Assembly: GCA_963843375.1 (NCBI GenBank)
Contig: CAWJKT010000011.1
Location: forward strand, 128,001-192,000
DNA from: an uncultured Pseudomonadota bacterium
Lineage (GTDB): Bacteria; Oederibacteriota; Muellerivitia; Muellerivitales; Muellerivitaceae
Length of the DNA stretch: 64,000 nucleotides
Reading direction: 5' to 3'
Under the pieces are notes generated by a model, which worked only from the letters and a program-made list of their open reading frames with translations, made no database searches and was not told the origin of the DNA. The position numbers and the translations under genes were made by a program. This document shows, in pieces, positions 31,004 through 41,052 of the stretch (position 1 is the first letter of the stretch; each line of letters starts with the position of its first letter).

Positions 31004-31825
31004 ATGATTTCTGCCTCACCTTTAATTGTCTCTAACCTCTCCAAGCGGTACAAATCCCGATATGGAGGGGATGAGGTGGAGGCCGTACGTGGCATTTCTT
31101 TTGAGGTGGCGTCGGGGGAGTGTTTCGGACTTCTGGGCCCCAACGGGGCCGGCAAATCCACAACCATCCAGTGCATTTCCGGTTTTTATCCCCTCACCGG
31201 GGGCGAGGTGCGGGTTGCGGGATATAATGTCCATTCGCAGCCCAAATTGGCCCGCAAGTCTTTAGGCGTCTGCAACCAGGATGAGACGTTGGATAGTGAT
31301 TTCAATTCTTTCGATCAATTGGTATTGCACGCAAGCTATTTCCGGATTCCCCCCGCCGAGGGAAAAAAGCGCGCCCATGAACTTTTGGAAAGATTCGGAC
31401 TAACGGACAAGGCCAAGGTGAACATCGAAGCCCTTTCGGGCGGAATGAAACGCCGCCTGCAGGTGGCCCGGGCCCTGGTTTCAAAACCCAAAGTTTTGGT
31501 GTTGGACGAGCCCACGACCGGACTGGATCCCGACGTAAGACGGATGCTTTGGGAGGCGTTAACCGAATCCCGTGCGCAGGGAACGGCCATCCTCCTTTGC
31601 ACCCATTACATGGAAGAAGCCGAGCGGCTTTGCGACCGGATCGCCATCCTGTCCCAGGGTAAAATTTTAGACGTGGACTCACCCGAACAACTCATCGCCA
31701 AGCATATCGCCCGGGATGAGGTGGAGGAAGAAGTGAGGCCAGGGGTAGTCTGGATACGGCGGCCCAACCTGGAGGACGTCTATCTCAAACTGACCGGAAG
31801 CCGTTTGGGGGTGGAGGGACTATGA
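31004..31825 (+). CDS. ABC exporter ATP-binding subunit (NodI/DrrA-like)
   Basis: GECFGLLGPNGAGKSTT, LSGGMKRRL, LDEPTTGLDP, THYMEEAERLCDR, LEDVYL.LTG. Confidence 0.92.
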   Translation: MISASPLIVSNLSKRYKSRYGGDEVEAVRGISFEVASGECFGLLGPNGAGKSTTIQCISGFYPLTGGEVRVAGYNVHSQPKLARKSLGVCNQDETLDSDFNSFDQLVLHASYFRIPPAEGKKRAHELLERFGLTDKAKVNIEALSGGMKRRLQVARALVSKPKVLVLDEPTTGLDPDVRRMLWEALTESRAQGTAILLCTHYMEEAERLCDRIAILSQGKILDVDSPEQLIAKHIARDEVEEEVRPGVVWIRRPNLEDVYLKLTGSRLGVEGL

Positions 31826-32595
31826 TTCCCGATTCACTTTGGGGCGTCTGGCGCGTTTGGAGGCGTTACTATGCCGCATTCATGAAGAGCCTGGTTTATT
31901 ATTTGCTCACGACCTTCCTGGAGCCCATCTTCTACCTGCTTTCCTTCGGAATAGGGGTTGGTGCCCTAGTGGGAAACATTACCACGCAGGGCGTTCACCT
32001 GTCTTACCGTAGTTTCATCTTCTCAGGCATCATCGCCCAAACCGTTCTCTTCCAGGGTTTCTATGAGGGATCCTTCGGCGCCTTCGTGCGCATGTACTAC
32101 CAGAAAATCTTCCAAGCCATCGCTATCACCCCCGTTACTCTCTCGGAAGTGCTTTGGGGAGAATTGTTGTGGGACGCCACCAAAGCCACAGTGGCGGCGG
32201 AAGTGGTGGCTCTGATCGGGGTCACCACGGGGAGTTTTCATCCCTGGTGTCTTTTGACGCTTCTCCCGATTAGTTTCGCGGGAGCCTTTCTTTTTTCGGC
32301 AATGGGGTTGGCATCAGCAGGCTTTTCCAGGACCATCGATGAACTCTCTTATCCGCAATATTTGCTCATCTTTCCCATGTTCCTTTTTTGCGGGGTTTTT
32401 TACCCCATCGAAAATCTTCCTCCAGTATTGCAAACGGTCGCGTGGTTTTTCCCCCTGACTTCCGTGAACGCCATTGTCCGATTTTTGACTTTGGGCTTAC
32501 CACCGGCTCCCCAGGCGGTTCCGCTGTTGTTGATTTGGCTTTTTCTCATGGTTTGGATATCCCGCCGCGCCATGTTTAAAAGATTGGTGAAATAA
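31822..32595 (+). CDS. ABC-2 type permease (NodJ-like)
   Basis: VWRR, EP.FYLL.FG.G.G.LVG, GELLW, PMFLF.GVFYP; overlaps the ATPase stop codon. Confidence 0.88.
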   Translation: MIPDSLWGVWRVWRRYYAAFMKSLVYYLLTTFLEPIFYLLSFGIGVGALVGNITTQGVHLSYRSFIFSGIIAQTVLFQGFYEGSFGAFVRMYYQKIFQAIAITPVTLSEVLWGELLWDATKATVAAEVVALIGVTTGSFHPWCLLTLLPISFAGAFLFSAMGLASAGFSRTIDELSYPQYLLIFPMFLFCGVFYPIENLPPVLQTVAWFFPLTSVNAIVRFLTLGLPPAPQAVPLLLIWLFLMVWISRRAMFKRLVK

Positions 32596-32731
32596 GGTTT
32601 CCAGGAGATAGACACCGACCTTTTTTGGTGCTTCCGCTAACCCGATAAAACTATGGTACTATTTGCCGCAGGATCTATCCTTTACCCCTAGTTAAACGAT
32701 TTGGAATTTATGAAACGCAATTTCGGTATCA

Positions 32732-35549
32732 ATGGCCTTTATTTTGATCGCGCTCTGTTTTATTTGGTTTTCAGGCTTTGGAGCAAGCCCCAGCAAGATA
32801 TCCACTCCTTTCTCTCATAACAATTCATTCCATCCCGCACCCTATCGGCCGATCCATTTGGCTCAAAATTACGGCCAACTTCCAATGGCCTTTGAACCCA
32901 ACCAAGGGCAGACCGATTCTCAAGTCCAGTACTTGGCGAGAGGCAGGGGGTACAATCTTTTTATTACCAATCAGGAAGCCGTCTTAGTCCTGAAAAAACC
33001 AACGGCAAATCCCCCCATTAGCCCTCCCCGAAAGAGGGCCAAAGGGTTTTCCCGGACATCCGTATTTTCGAAAGCTAAGGGAAATACTCCCCCTACCGTC
33101 ATCCATATGGAACTGGATGGCGCTAAATCGGGAGGTGTTTTTGAAAGTCTGGAGAAACTTCCCGGGATCAGCAATTATTTCATTGGAAAGGACCGTTCCA
33201 AGTGGCATCGGAACATTCCGCAATATGGCAAGGTCCAAACTTCCGACATTTATCCCGGCGTGGACCTGGTTTATTTCGGCAACCAGGGAAAGTTGGAGTA
33301 CGATTTTGTCGTTAAGCCGGGGGCCGACCCCAATGCCATCCACTTAAAATATGAAGGCGCCAAAGCCTCCCACGTCAATGCCCAGGGGGATTTGGAACTC
33401 GACACTGACCAGGGAACGCTTCTTTTCCGGGCTCCGTCCCTATACCAGGAATCCGAGGGACTAAAAAATTCCGTGGAAGGCCGTTATCGTTTGGATGAAG
33501 TTGGAAAGGTGGGTTTTGAGGTGAAGGACTACGACCGAACAAAACCCCTTGTTATTGACCCGGTGCTGGACTTTTCCACCTTTTGGGGCGGCAGCGGCCA
33601 GGATGAGAGTTTTGGCATCGCCTTGGATTCCTCCGGAAATGCTTACATTACAGGCAATACTCAATCCGCTGATTTTCCAACCGTAAATCCTTATCAAGGC
33701 GGTTTAGGTGTGGGATCGGGAGGGACGGCTTATCAGAACGCATTTGTAGCGGAAATCAATTCGGCCGGTACCGCCATGCTTTATTCCACTTACCTTGGCG
33801 GCAGTTATTATGACCAAGGCAATGCCATTGCCGTTGATTCCAACGGTGATGCCTATGTGTCGGGGTTTACCTATTCTCCCGATTTTCCAATTACTCCCGG
33901 AGCTATTCAATCCACCTTCGGAGCGTCAGGGACCTATACGCTCTATGATACGTACAACACCTTTGTGACCGAGCTCAATCCATCCGGTTCAGGACTCATT
34001 TATTCAACCTATTGGGGGGGATCGGTCGATGACATGGCCCTTGGCATTGCCTTGGATTCCAGTGGAGATGCCTACGTGACGGGGTTCACCTCATTCTCCG
34101 GATTTCCCCAAATATAATCCCATTCAGTCGAGTTTAGCCGGGACAGAAAATGCCTTTGTGTATGAGATCGGGCCTTCAGGTGGTTCGATTGTTTATTCCA
34201 CCTATTTGGGTGGGAATGGAACGGATGAAGGTGAAGGAATAGCGGTAGATGGAAGTGGAAATGCTTATGTCACTGGAAACACAACGTCCACCAATTTTCC
34301 CACCCAAAGTCCTTACCAGGGGGGGTTGCTGGGCGTACAAAACGGTTTTGTAACCAAGGTGAACGCCGGGGGAACGACGTGGATATATTCCACCTATCTG
34401 GGTGGAAGTGGCTCCGGTGGAGATGGAGGCGATGCTATCGCCGTGGATAATTCAGGGGACGCTTATGTGGTGGGTTATACCAGTTCCAACGATTTTCCCA
34501 CCCAGAGTCCCTTCCAGGGCACTTACGGAGGCGGGAACTATAACGCTTTCGTGACGGAATTAAATCCAAGCGCCTCGTCGCTTATCTATTCCACTTTCCT
34601 GGGTGGGAGTGGGGAAGATTACGCCGAGGGTGTGGCCTTGGACGGGTTAGGAGACGCCTATGTCACCGGATTGGCCTCCTCGCCAAACTTTCCTACACAA
34701 AATCCTATTCAAGCCAACCTTTCGGCTTCCGGAGTTAATGTTTTCATTTCAGAATTTGTTTACGGTGGTTCAGGACTTATTTTTTCAACTTATCTTGGTG
34801 GTTCAGGGGGAGGGGAGATTGGAAAGAGTCTTGCCACTGACGGTCAAGGAGATGTCTATGTGACCGGATATACTTTTTCTTCTGATTTTCCCACTCTCAA
34901 TCCGGTTCAAGGCCTATTTGGGGGAGATAATGATGCTTTTATCCTCGAAATCACTCAGCCTCTTCCGCCTACGCCTACGTTTACCCCTACAACCACTCCA
35001 ACATTCACCCCGACATCCACCTTTACGGCAACCCCCACCTTTACAGCGACTTTCACTTCCACTTTTACTCCTACGACTACTTTCACCTTCACCCCTACCG
35101 CAACCGCCACTCCGACCGCCACTTCTACTTGCACCAGCACCCCCACCGTGACGGCTTCATCCACTTCTACTAGCACATCAACCTTCACCCCTACCAACAG
35201 TCCAACGCCCACCATTACCACCACAGCCACACCAACCCTCACTTCTACACCCGTCATCATTTCGGTTACGGTCAGCTATCCCTATCCCAACCCGGTTAGC
35301 GGCACGGGGCCCCTTTCAATTCCAGTTCAGGCTCCCACGGGTTCGATGGCCCATTGGACGGTCTATACCACCGCTTTCCGAAAAGTTTATGACCACACCC
35401 AATCCATCCCTGGAAACAATGGCATCCTATCTTGGGATCTGCGGGATACCTGGGGAAGCCCGGTGGCAAACGGCGTTTATTACATCCGGGTCGCGGTGAC
35501 GGGCCTGACTTCAGGAACACAAATCCTAAAAGTATTGGTGATTCGTTAA
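32732..35549 (+). CDS. Secreted SBBP-repeat beta-propeller protein with Thr/Pro linker and FlgD-Ig/T9SS-type-A-like C-terminal domain; apparent +1 frameshift at ~34092
   Basis: FEPNQGQ, YPGVD..Y, LEYDFVV.PGADP, LVIDP N-domain; about seven YSTYLGG..D....IA.D..G.AYVTG.T.S.DFP repeats; removing C34092 restores GFTYSPDFP; true start may be 32710. Confidence 0.88.
34966..35255 (+). repeat. Low-complexity coding repeat (Thr-x)n: PTPTFTPT... linker
   Basis: About 95 codons with Thr at nearly every second position; degenerate 6-bp periodicity. Confidence 0.9.
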
Positions 35550-35650
35550 AAGTATAGCGAAAAGTCACAAGTGCTATTCTTTCTTTGCCCATTGGGATTC
35601 TGGCTTTGGTAAACTAACCGCGCTAATCAAACTATATATATTTGGACCTT

Positions 35651-37177
35651 ATGAAATCTTTACAGCTTTTCATTCTCCTAACATTAAGCATGGTTAGTTG
35701 CTTCCTTTTTTCCTCCAATGCAGGGGCTTACACCTCTTCTGACTATTACAACGCGGGGCTCCAGCTTTATAACGCCAAGAATTATCAGCAGGCCATTCAG
35801 TATTTCGGCGCGGCGATAAGCCTGGATCCCAATAACGCGGCCGCCCTGCAAGGCCAAGCCAACAGCTATTACGTCCTTGGACAATTCCAGCAGGCTCTGA
35901 ACGATTATCAAAAAGTACAGGCGCTTCAACCCAACCCCCAACTGGCTTCGATGATCCAGGCCTTGCAGGCCAAGGTGGGTGCCGGATCTCCCGCTGCCGC
36001 CCCTCCTGTCCCCGGTTCCACTGCGGCTCCCCCCGTTCCCGGCGCTCCAGCGGGCGATTCCTTCTCCCAGGGCGTAGCCCTTTTCCAACAACAGCAATAT
36101 GCCCAGGCGGTTCCCCTCTTTCAAAAGGCCGTGCAGGAAAACCCAAAGGATTCCAAGGCTTACTATTATTTAGGCGTGGCCCAAGTACAGTCCGCAGACC
36201 TGAAGGATGCAGCGGTAGCCTTGGGGATTTCCAACAAGCTCAATCCCAATCCCTCGGTGGCCGCTTATGTGGATCAGGTCAAGGCCCGTCTATCACCCGA
36301 GGACCAGCAATGGGTGGACAACCAAATCGCGTCGGGGAACGCGGGCGGTAGCCAGTCGGCGTCGGCCTCCCAACCCAAGACTTTCGGTATCCGTCTTGAA
36401 CCCGGTTTTATTTTTCTGAGCATGTCGGACTTCACCACGAATGCTCAATCCCAACAAAATGAAGCCCTGTTGCTTCAACAATCGGGTGATACTTCATTAT
36501 CCTATAACGGAGTGGTTCCCACGGCCGCGCCCCGCATCGGAGCCGAACCCGTTCTCCGGCTCGGCCCCAATTTTGAAATCGGGCTTCCCTGGGCCATTAT
36601 TCCGGCGGGGACCGCAAGTGATACTCTCCAGGATAACGATGGCGACACCATTTCCGATTCCTACAACATCAACGCCTTTGCGATAGGTTTGAACCTGAGA
36701 TACCTTTTTGGATCAGGAAGTTTCCAGCCTTATATTGCGGCGGGACCGATGATTGTTCCGATCAATATCGGCTATTCTGCTGGGGCTACATTGGGGGGGT
36801 TATCCTATTACACGTCTTCGGGAAACTTTACCGGGGTAGACGTTGGAGGGCAGGCTTCTTTGGGGCTGGATTGGCACTTGGGCGATACGTTCGTTATTAC
36901 GCCCTATGCGGGTTACCAAATCGCCAGCGGAAATTCATTCCAATCTACGGTCAACACCACCGGGGGGACAAGCACAGGTCAAACGGCTCAATTAGAGGTG
37001 GTTCCAACTACATCTGGAAATGTCATTACTCCCGTTTCTAACGGTAAATTAATTTTACCCCTTCTCAATGGGACTACCTTTTTACCGGCAGGTTCGCAAG
37101 CTCCTTCTGGGTCCAGGCCGTTGGAATTGGACATGAGCGGTCCCTTCGGCGGCATTCAAATTTCGGCCTTCTTTTAA
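35651..37177 (+). CDS. Secreted TPR + outer-membrane beta-barrel protein (same architecture as 27223-28470)
   Basis: Signal peptide ending AGA-Y, two TPR blocks separated by AAPPVPG repeats, strands IGLNLRY and PYIAAG, terminal GGIQISAFF. Confidence 0.78.
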   Translation: MKSLQLFILLTLSMVSCFLFSSNAGAYTSSDYYNAGLQLYNAKNYQQAIQYFGAAISLDPNNAAALQGQANSYYVLGQFQQALNDYQKVQALQPNPQLASMIQALQAKVGAGSPAAAPPVPGSTAAPPVPGAPAGDSFSQGVALFQQQQYAQAVPLFQKAVQENPKDSKAYYYLGVAQVQSADLKDAAVALGISNKLNPNPSVAAYVDQVKARLSPEDQQWVDNQIASGNAGGSQSASASQPKTFGIRLEPGFIFLSMSDFTTNAQSQQNEALLLQQSGDTSLSYNGVVPTAAPRIGAEPVLRLGPNFEIGLPWAIIPAGTASDTLQDNDGDTISDSYNINAFAIGLNLRYLFGSGSFQPYIAAGPMIVPINIGYSAGATLGGLSYYTSSGNFTGVDVGGQASLGLDWHLGDTFVITPYAGYQIASGNSFQSTVNTTGGTSTGQTAQLEVVPTTSGNVITPVSNGKLILPLLNGTTFLPAGSQAPSGSRPLELDMSGPFGGIQISAFF

Positions 37178-37488
37178 ACCACCCGCAGTCTCGCCTTTTT
37201 AAAGTTCAATGTCCTGTTGAGTTCCACTCCAAGAAATTCGCAATCGGATGAAGTCACTGACACCATCGCAACAATAAGCTTAAATCAAGGGGAGGTTGAA
37301 AGCAAAAAAGCCGACAGTGACGCTTTTTTGAACAACGGAAATCACCTTGTTTTTCAATCATATCCGCAAGGAGTGGTGAAAAATTAGACAGGAGTTTTGA
37401 TTTAACGGGCAACTTAAAATTGCACAAATAGATTCCTGCTTAACATTAAACCGAAAACAATCCGGGCCAAAAATGAAAGCCCTTTTAT

Positions 37489-37505
37489 TGGGCACAGTTC
37501 ATGCT
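37489..37505 (+). promoter_or_regulatory. Possible sigma54 (-24/-12) promoter
   Basis: tgGGCACagttcaTGCT: GG-N10-GC spacing with GGCAC and TGCT cores; deviates from consensus just 5' of GG and just 5' of TGC. Confidence 0.4.
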
Positions 37506-37660
37506 CTTCAAATAGCCTGTAAGTCGCAGCGAGAATCAGTTTCAACGATGGGTTTCTGAAAAGACCCGTCTTCCATCCAAAACTTTCCTTTGTTTAAAGG
37601 CCTTCTGCCAAAGCCCGTTTTTCAGTCGCATTACTTCCACATTTTGTTGAGGGGGCACTT

Positions 37661-38032
37661 ATGCGGTTTATTGTTAGAATTCCGGAATTAGATTGTTCAA
37701 TCTATGAAGGTGAAGGCGGGAAAACTAACCTGGAACTTTTTCGTTTGATCCAAGAGCTGGAGAAGTCAGGGAAATTGGTGGAAGGAGGATTATTGGCCGA
37801 CGAAAGGGGCGGATTCCTTCTGATGGAATCAGGTTCTTTTTCCGAGCAGGAAACCCTGCTGGATTCCATTTTTGATCCCTCGCGCTATAAAGTGGAAAGT
37901 CATCCCATACTTCCTTTCAATGAATTATCCACTTTAATGAACAAAATGGAAAAGCTGGAAAAACCCGCCGTGAAGACGGTGATACACCGCAAGCACAAAT
38001 CCCGAAAAGCCCCTCAACCCGTGGGGGCTTAA
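37661..38032 (+). CDS. Hypothetical protein, possibly dimeric alpha+beta barrel (YciI / muconolactone isomerase / DUF3303-like)
   Basis: MRF.V start, L...GKL..GG.....RGGF.L.E..S..E...LL and VE.HP pattern; RBS GAGGGGG. Confidence 0.6.
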   Translation: MRFIVRIPELDCSIYEGEGGKTNLELFRLIQELEKSGKLVEGGLLADERGGFLLMESGSFSEQETLLDSIFDPSRYKVESHPILPFNELSTLMNKMEKLEKPAVKTVIHRKHKSRKAPQPVGA

Positions 38033-38077
38033 GGGAACCTCAGGGTTTCTTTTACCCCAGGCTAAACGATCCGGGAA

Positions 38078-38479
38078 TTATTCTTCTTCGGGTTTTATTT
38101 CCAACCAGGCAAGTGCCTCGTTTTTTTCTGTGAAAACTTTGACGTTGAGCCCACGGTTGACGGCGACCGTTTCCCCGAATCTCTTGGGGTCAACCAGTGG
38201 ATGGTTTCCGACAAAAGCGAAGCGGCAACTGGGGATTTTTCCGGCTAATTTTTCATTGAGATACTTCTTCGCGGCAACCAGGGACAAGTTATAACGGTCC
38301 ATCGTGGACATTTCACCTTCCGCTTTGCAATAGTCGATTAAAAAGTTGGAAGGTTTATGTTTTTTACAAGCGTCGATGACTTGATCCGTGAATTGGTCGA
38401 TTAATGAAGATTCGAAAACACCCTCACAGGTCAACAAAAGGTACCCGGGTTTGATCTCAATTTTATAGTCGATGCTCAT
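38078..38479 (-). CDS. Hypothetical SpoIIAA/STAS-like protein
   Basis: L.DY, RFAFV, FGETVAVNRG..V.VF....EA..WL pattern. Confidence 0.7.
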   Translation of the reverse strand: MSIDYKIEIKPGYLLLTCEGVFESSLIDQFTDQVIDACKKHKPSNFLIDYCKAEGEMSTMDRYNLSLVAAKKYLNEKLAGKIPSCRFAFVGNHPLVDPKRFGETVAVNRGLNVKVFTEKNEALAWLEIKPEEE

Positions 38480-38738
38480 CTTGCCGCTTTGGGAGGTGCT
38501 ATTTTAGTGCCATCATTAGGACAATCTTTGTCCTCATAGCCCGAAGAAGTCAAGCTGTTCTATTCCTTGGGAAAATGGCTGTTTTCTATTGCTTGAATCA
38601 ACCTTAATCTTCAATTGTGGGGAAGAAACAAACGGCCAGGGAATAAAACCAGGGGGTCGATAAAATTGGCGATTTGTGTTCTTGATTTGAATGGAGAAGA
38701 GGAAGAATCGTAGACGCCTAAGAGGGCCTAACACCAGC

Positions 38739-38963
38739 TTATGACTGTACGGCGGCAATAACTTCTTTAAAGTCTTGGAACAATGCCGGTTGAACGATGG
38801 GGGTTTCTTCCGACGCCACATAGGGTTCCGCAGTCGTAAAGTCTTTTAACCGATATTCGACCGAGCCTTCAATATTGGAATACTCAGTTACTTGATCATC
38901 CGGTTTTGGGAATTCGGTGAACTGGTAAGGGGATGCTTCCTCGGGTTTGGCGAATGCGTTCAT
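38739..38963 (-). CDS. Small acidic hypothetical protein; may continue via a frameshift into the ORF ending at 38534
   Basis: 74-aa ORF in otherwise empty space; no family recognised, no clear RBS. Confidence 0.4.
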   Translation of the reverse strand: MNAFAKPEEASPYQFTEFPKPDDQVTEYSNIEGSVEYRLKDFTTAEPYVASEETPIVQPALFQDFKEVIAAVQS

Positions 38964-39135
38964 GTGTGTATTTTAACCCTCAAAATTAAAATTGGGAACC
39001 TTTTATTCTTTACATAGAAGGGTCTAAAATAGTTCGGTCAATAAGATTTGGGTCATATTTGAACGTCCAATCGGCATTTAAAGTAAGATTGTCAAAGCTG
39101 GTTTGCAGGGCCAATTCGCTTTTAAGGGGCATCCC

Positions 39136-41028
39136 ATGAGCGTCTCCGATACCGCAAAACACCTCACCGAGAAGGAAAAAGATTCCCTGGACGTGGCCGA
39201 GGGGGCCCGGGAAACGGAATGGACCCAGCCTAGTTTCGTGGCCGAGTTATTCATGGGCCGGTTCCGGACGGACCTTATTTCCCCCTATCCCCTCCAATCC
39301 CCCGATGACAAGACCATCGGCGACGAATTTATGGTCCGTTTGGAGAATTTTCTTAAAGATAATTTGGATCCGGATGAAGTGGACCGCACCGGTGACCTTC
39401 CTAAAAAAGTAATCGAAGGACTTGCCAAGTTAGGCTGTTGGGGCATGAAAATCCCCAAAGATTACGGAGGTTTGGGACTTTCGCAGATCAACTACAATCG
39501 GGCGGTGGCTCTGGTGGCTTCTTATTGCGGTTCGACGGCCGTATGGCTTTCCGCCCACCAATCCATCGGCGTTCCCCAGCCCTTGAAGCTTTTCGGCAGT
39601 GACGCCCAAAAGAAAAAATACTTCCCAATGTTTGCCAAAGGAGCCATTTCCGCCTTCGCCCTGACCGAGCCCGGCGTCGGGTCCGACCCCGCCCAAATGA
39701 CGACGGTGGCCGAACCTTCCCCCGACGGAAAAACATGGACCATCAACGGCAATAAACTTTGGTGCACCAATGGTCTGGTAGCTGATGTCATGGCGGTCAT
39801 GGCTCGAACCCCCTCTAAGATAGTGAACGGGAAAGAAAAAAAGCAGATCACGGCTTTTATCGTCGAAAAAGGGACGCCGGGAATCGAATACGTGAGCCGT
39901 TGCGACTTTATGGGTATCCGAGCTATTCAGAATGGCGTGATTAAATTCAACAACGTGAAAGTCCCAACCGAGAATATCCTTTGGGGCGAGGGTCTGGGGT
40001 TGAAACTGGCCTTGATCACTTTGAATACCGGAAGGCTCACCCTCCCCGCCGCCTCCGCCGGCATGAGCAAGCAAGCTTTGCAGATTGCCCGCAACTGGGG
40101 CAAGGAACGTGTGCAATGGGGTCAGCCCATCGGCAAGCATGAACCCGGCGCGGTGAAAATCGCCTATATGGCGGCTTCCACCTTCGCGCAAGAGGCAATG
40201 ACCTACTATACCTCGGCGCTGGTCGACCGGGGCGGGGCGGATATCCGTCTGGAAGCGGCGATGGCCAAGCTTTTCTGCAGCGAGGCTTCTTGGAAAATCG
40301 TGGACGACCTGATGCAACTCCGTGGCGGGCGGGGATACGAAACCGCCCAATCCTTGAGAACTCGGGGGGAAAAGGGTTACGCGGTGGAACGAATGATGCG
40401 CGATTCCCGCATCAATCGCATCATTGAGGGTACCAGCGAAATCCAACATCTCTTTATCGCCAGGGAGGCCTTGGACAAACACATGAGTCTTGCGGGGGAT
40501 CTCTTGAATCCCAAAGCTCCGATGGGCCGGAAGATGAACGCCCTCCTGAAATGCGCCGCCTTTTATCCTTTCTGGTACCTCCGGCTTTGGCTTCCCACGG
40601 GCCTTTGGCCTCGCTTTGCCGGACATGGATCGCTGGGAAAACATATGCGGTTCGTGGAATGCCGGTCTCGCAAACTAGCCCGCACCCTTTTCCATCAGAT
40701 GATCAAGTTCGGCCCTAAGCTGGAAAGGCGCCAGATGATCCTGGGTCGGCTGGTGGAGGTCGGGACTGAGCTTTTCGCCATGGCCGCTTCTTGCGCCAAG
40801 GTTATGGAACTGGAAAAACAAAATCCGAGCGAAAACGGCCCCCGCGAGTTAGCCGATCTCTTCTGCCGCCAGGCACGCTTGCGCATCGGGCAATATTTCC
40901 GGGGCGTCTGCTGCAACACTGACGTGAAGGATTCCAAGGCTGCGGTGAAGGCCATGGAAGGCGGCTATGAGTGGATGGAAAAAGGAATCATCGTGGATGA
41001 TGGGGAAGGTTTCAAAGCCAAGAAGTAA
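39136..41028 (+). CDS. Acyl-CoA dehydrogenase (ACAD9/VLCAD-like long form)
   Basis: SAHQSIG, AFALTEP..GSDP, INGNKLWCTNG, LNTGRL, RVQWG.PIG, Q.RGGRGY, RDSRINRI.EGTSEI. Confidence 0.95.
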   Translation: MSVSDTAKHLTEKEKDSLDVAEGARETEWTQPSFVAELFMGRFRTDLISPYPLQSPDDKTIGDEFMVRLENFLKDNLDPDEVDRTGDLPKKVIEGLAKLGCWGMKIPKDYGGLGLSQINYNRAVALVASYCGSTAVWLSAHQSIGVPQPLKLFGSDAQKKKYFPMFAKGAISAFALTEPGVGSDPAQMTTVAEPSPDGKTWTINGNKLWCTNGLVADVMAVMARTPSKIVNGKEKKQITAFIVEKGTPGIEYVSRCDFMGIRAIQNGVIKFNNVKVPTENILWGEGLGLKLALITLNTGRLTLPAASAGMSKQALQIARNWGKERVQWGQPIGKHEPGAVKIAYMAASTFAQEAMTYYTSALVDRGGADIRLEAAMAKLFCSEASWKIVDDLMQLRGGRGYETAQSLRTRGEKGYAVERMMRDSRINRIIEGTSEIQHLFIAREALDKHMSLAGDLLNPKAPMGRKMNALLKCAAFYPFWYLRLWLPTGLWPRFAGHGSLGKHMRFVECRSRKLARTLFHQMIKFGPKLERRQMILGRLVEVGTELFAMAASCAKVMELEKQNPSENGPRELADLFCRQARLRIGQYFRGVCCNTDVKDSKAAVKAMEGGYEWMEKGIIVDDGEGFKAKK

Positions 41029-41052
41029 AAAAAATCCAAGTCTTGAGGTTTT

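Noticed and set aside
33560..34950. Regularly spaced similar DNA segments (TATTCCACCTATxTGGG...) that could suggest an array
   Set aside because: They are degenerate SBBP beta-propeller protein repeats varying at synonymous positions, not CRISPR repeats or a DGR template
34955..35260. Antisense Val/Gly-rich ORF
   Set aside because: Mirror image of the Thr/Pro linker on the coding strand
39430..40644. 404-aa antisense ORF, and the similar 263-aa ORF at 5151-5942
   Set aside because: Lie entirely opposite well-conserved genes (acyl-CoA dehydrogenase, ABC-F); no motifs; expected shadow ORFs from codon bias
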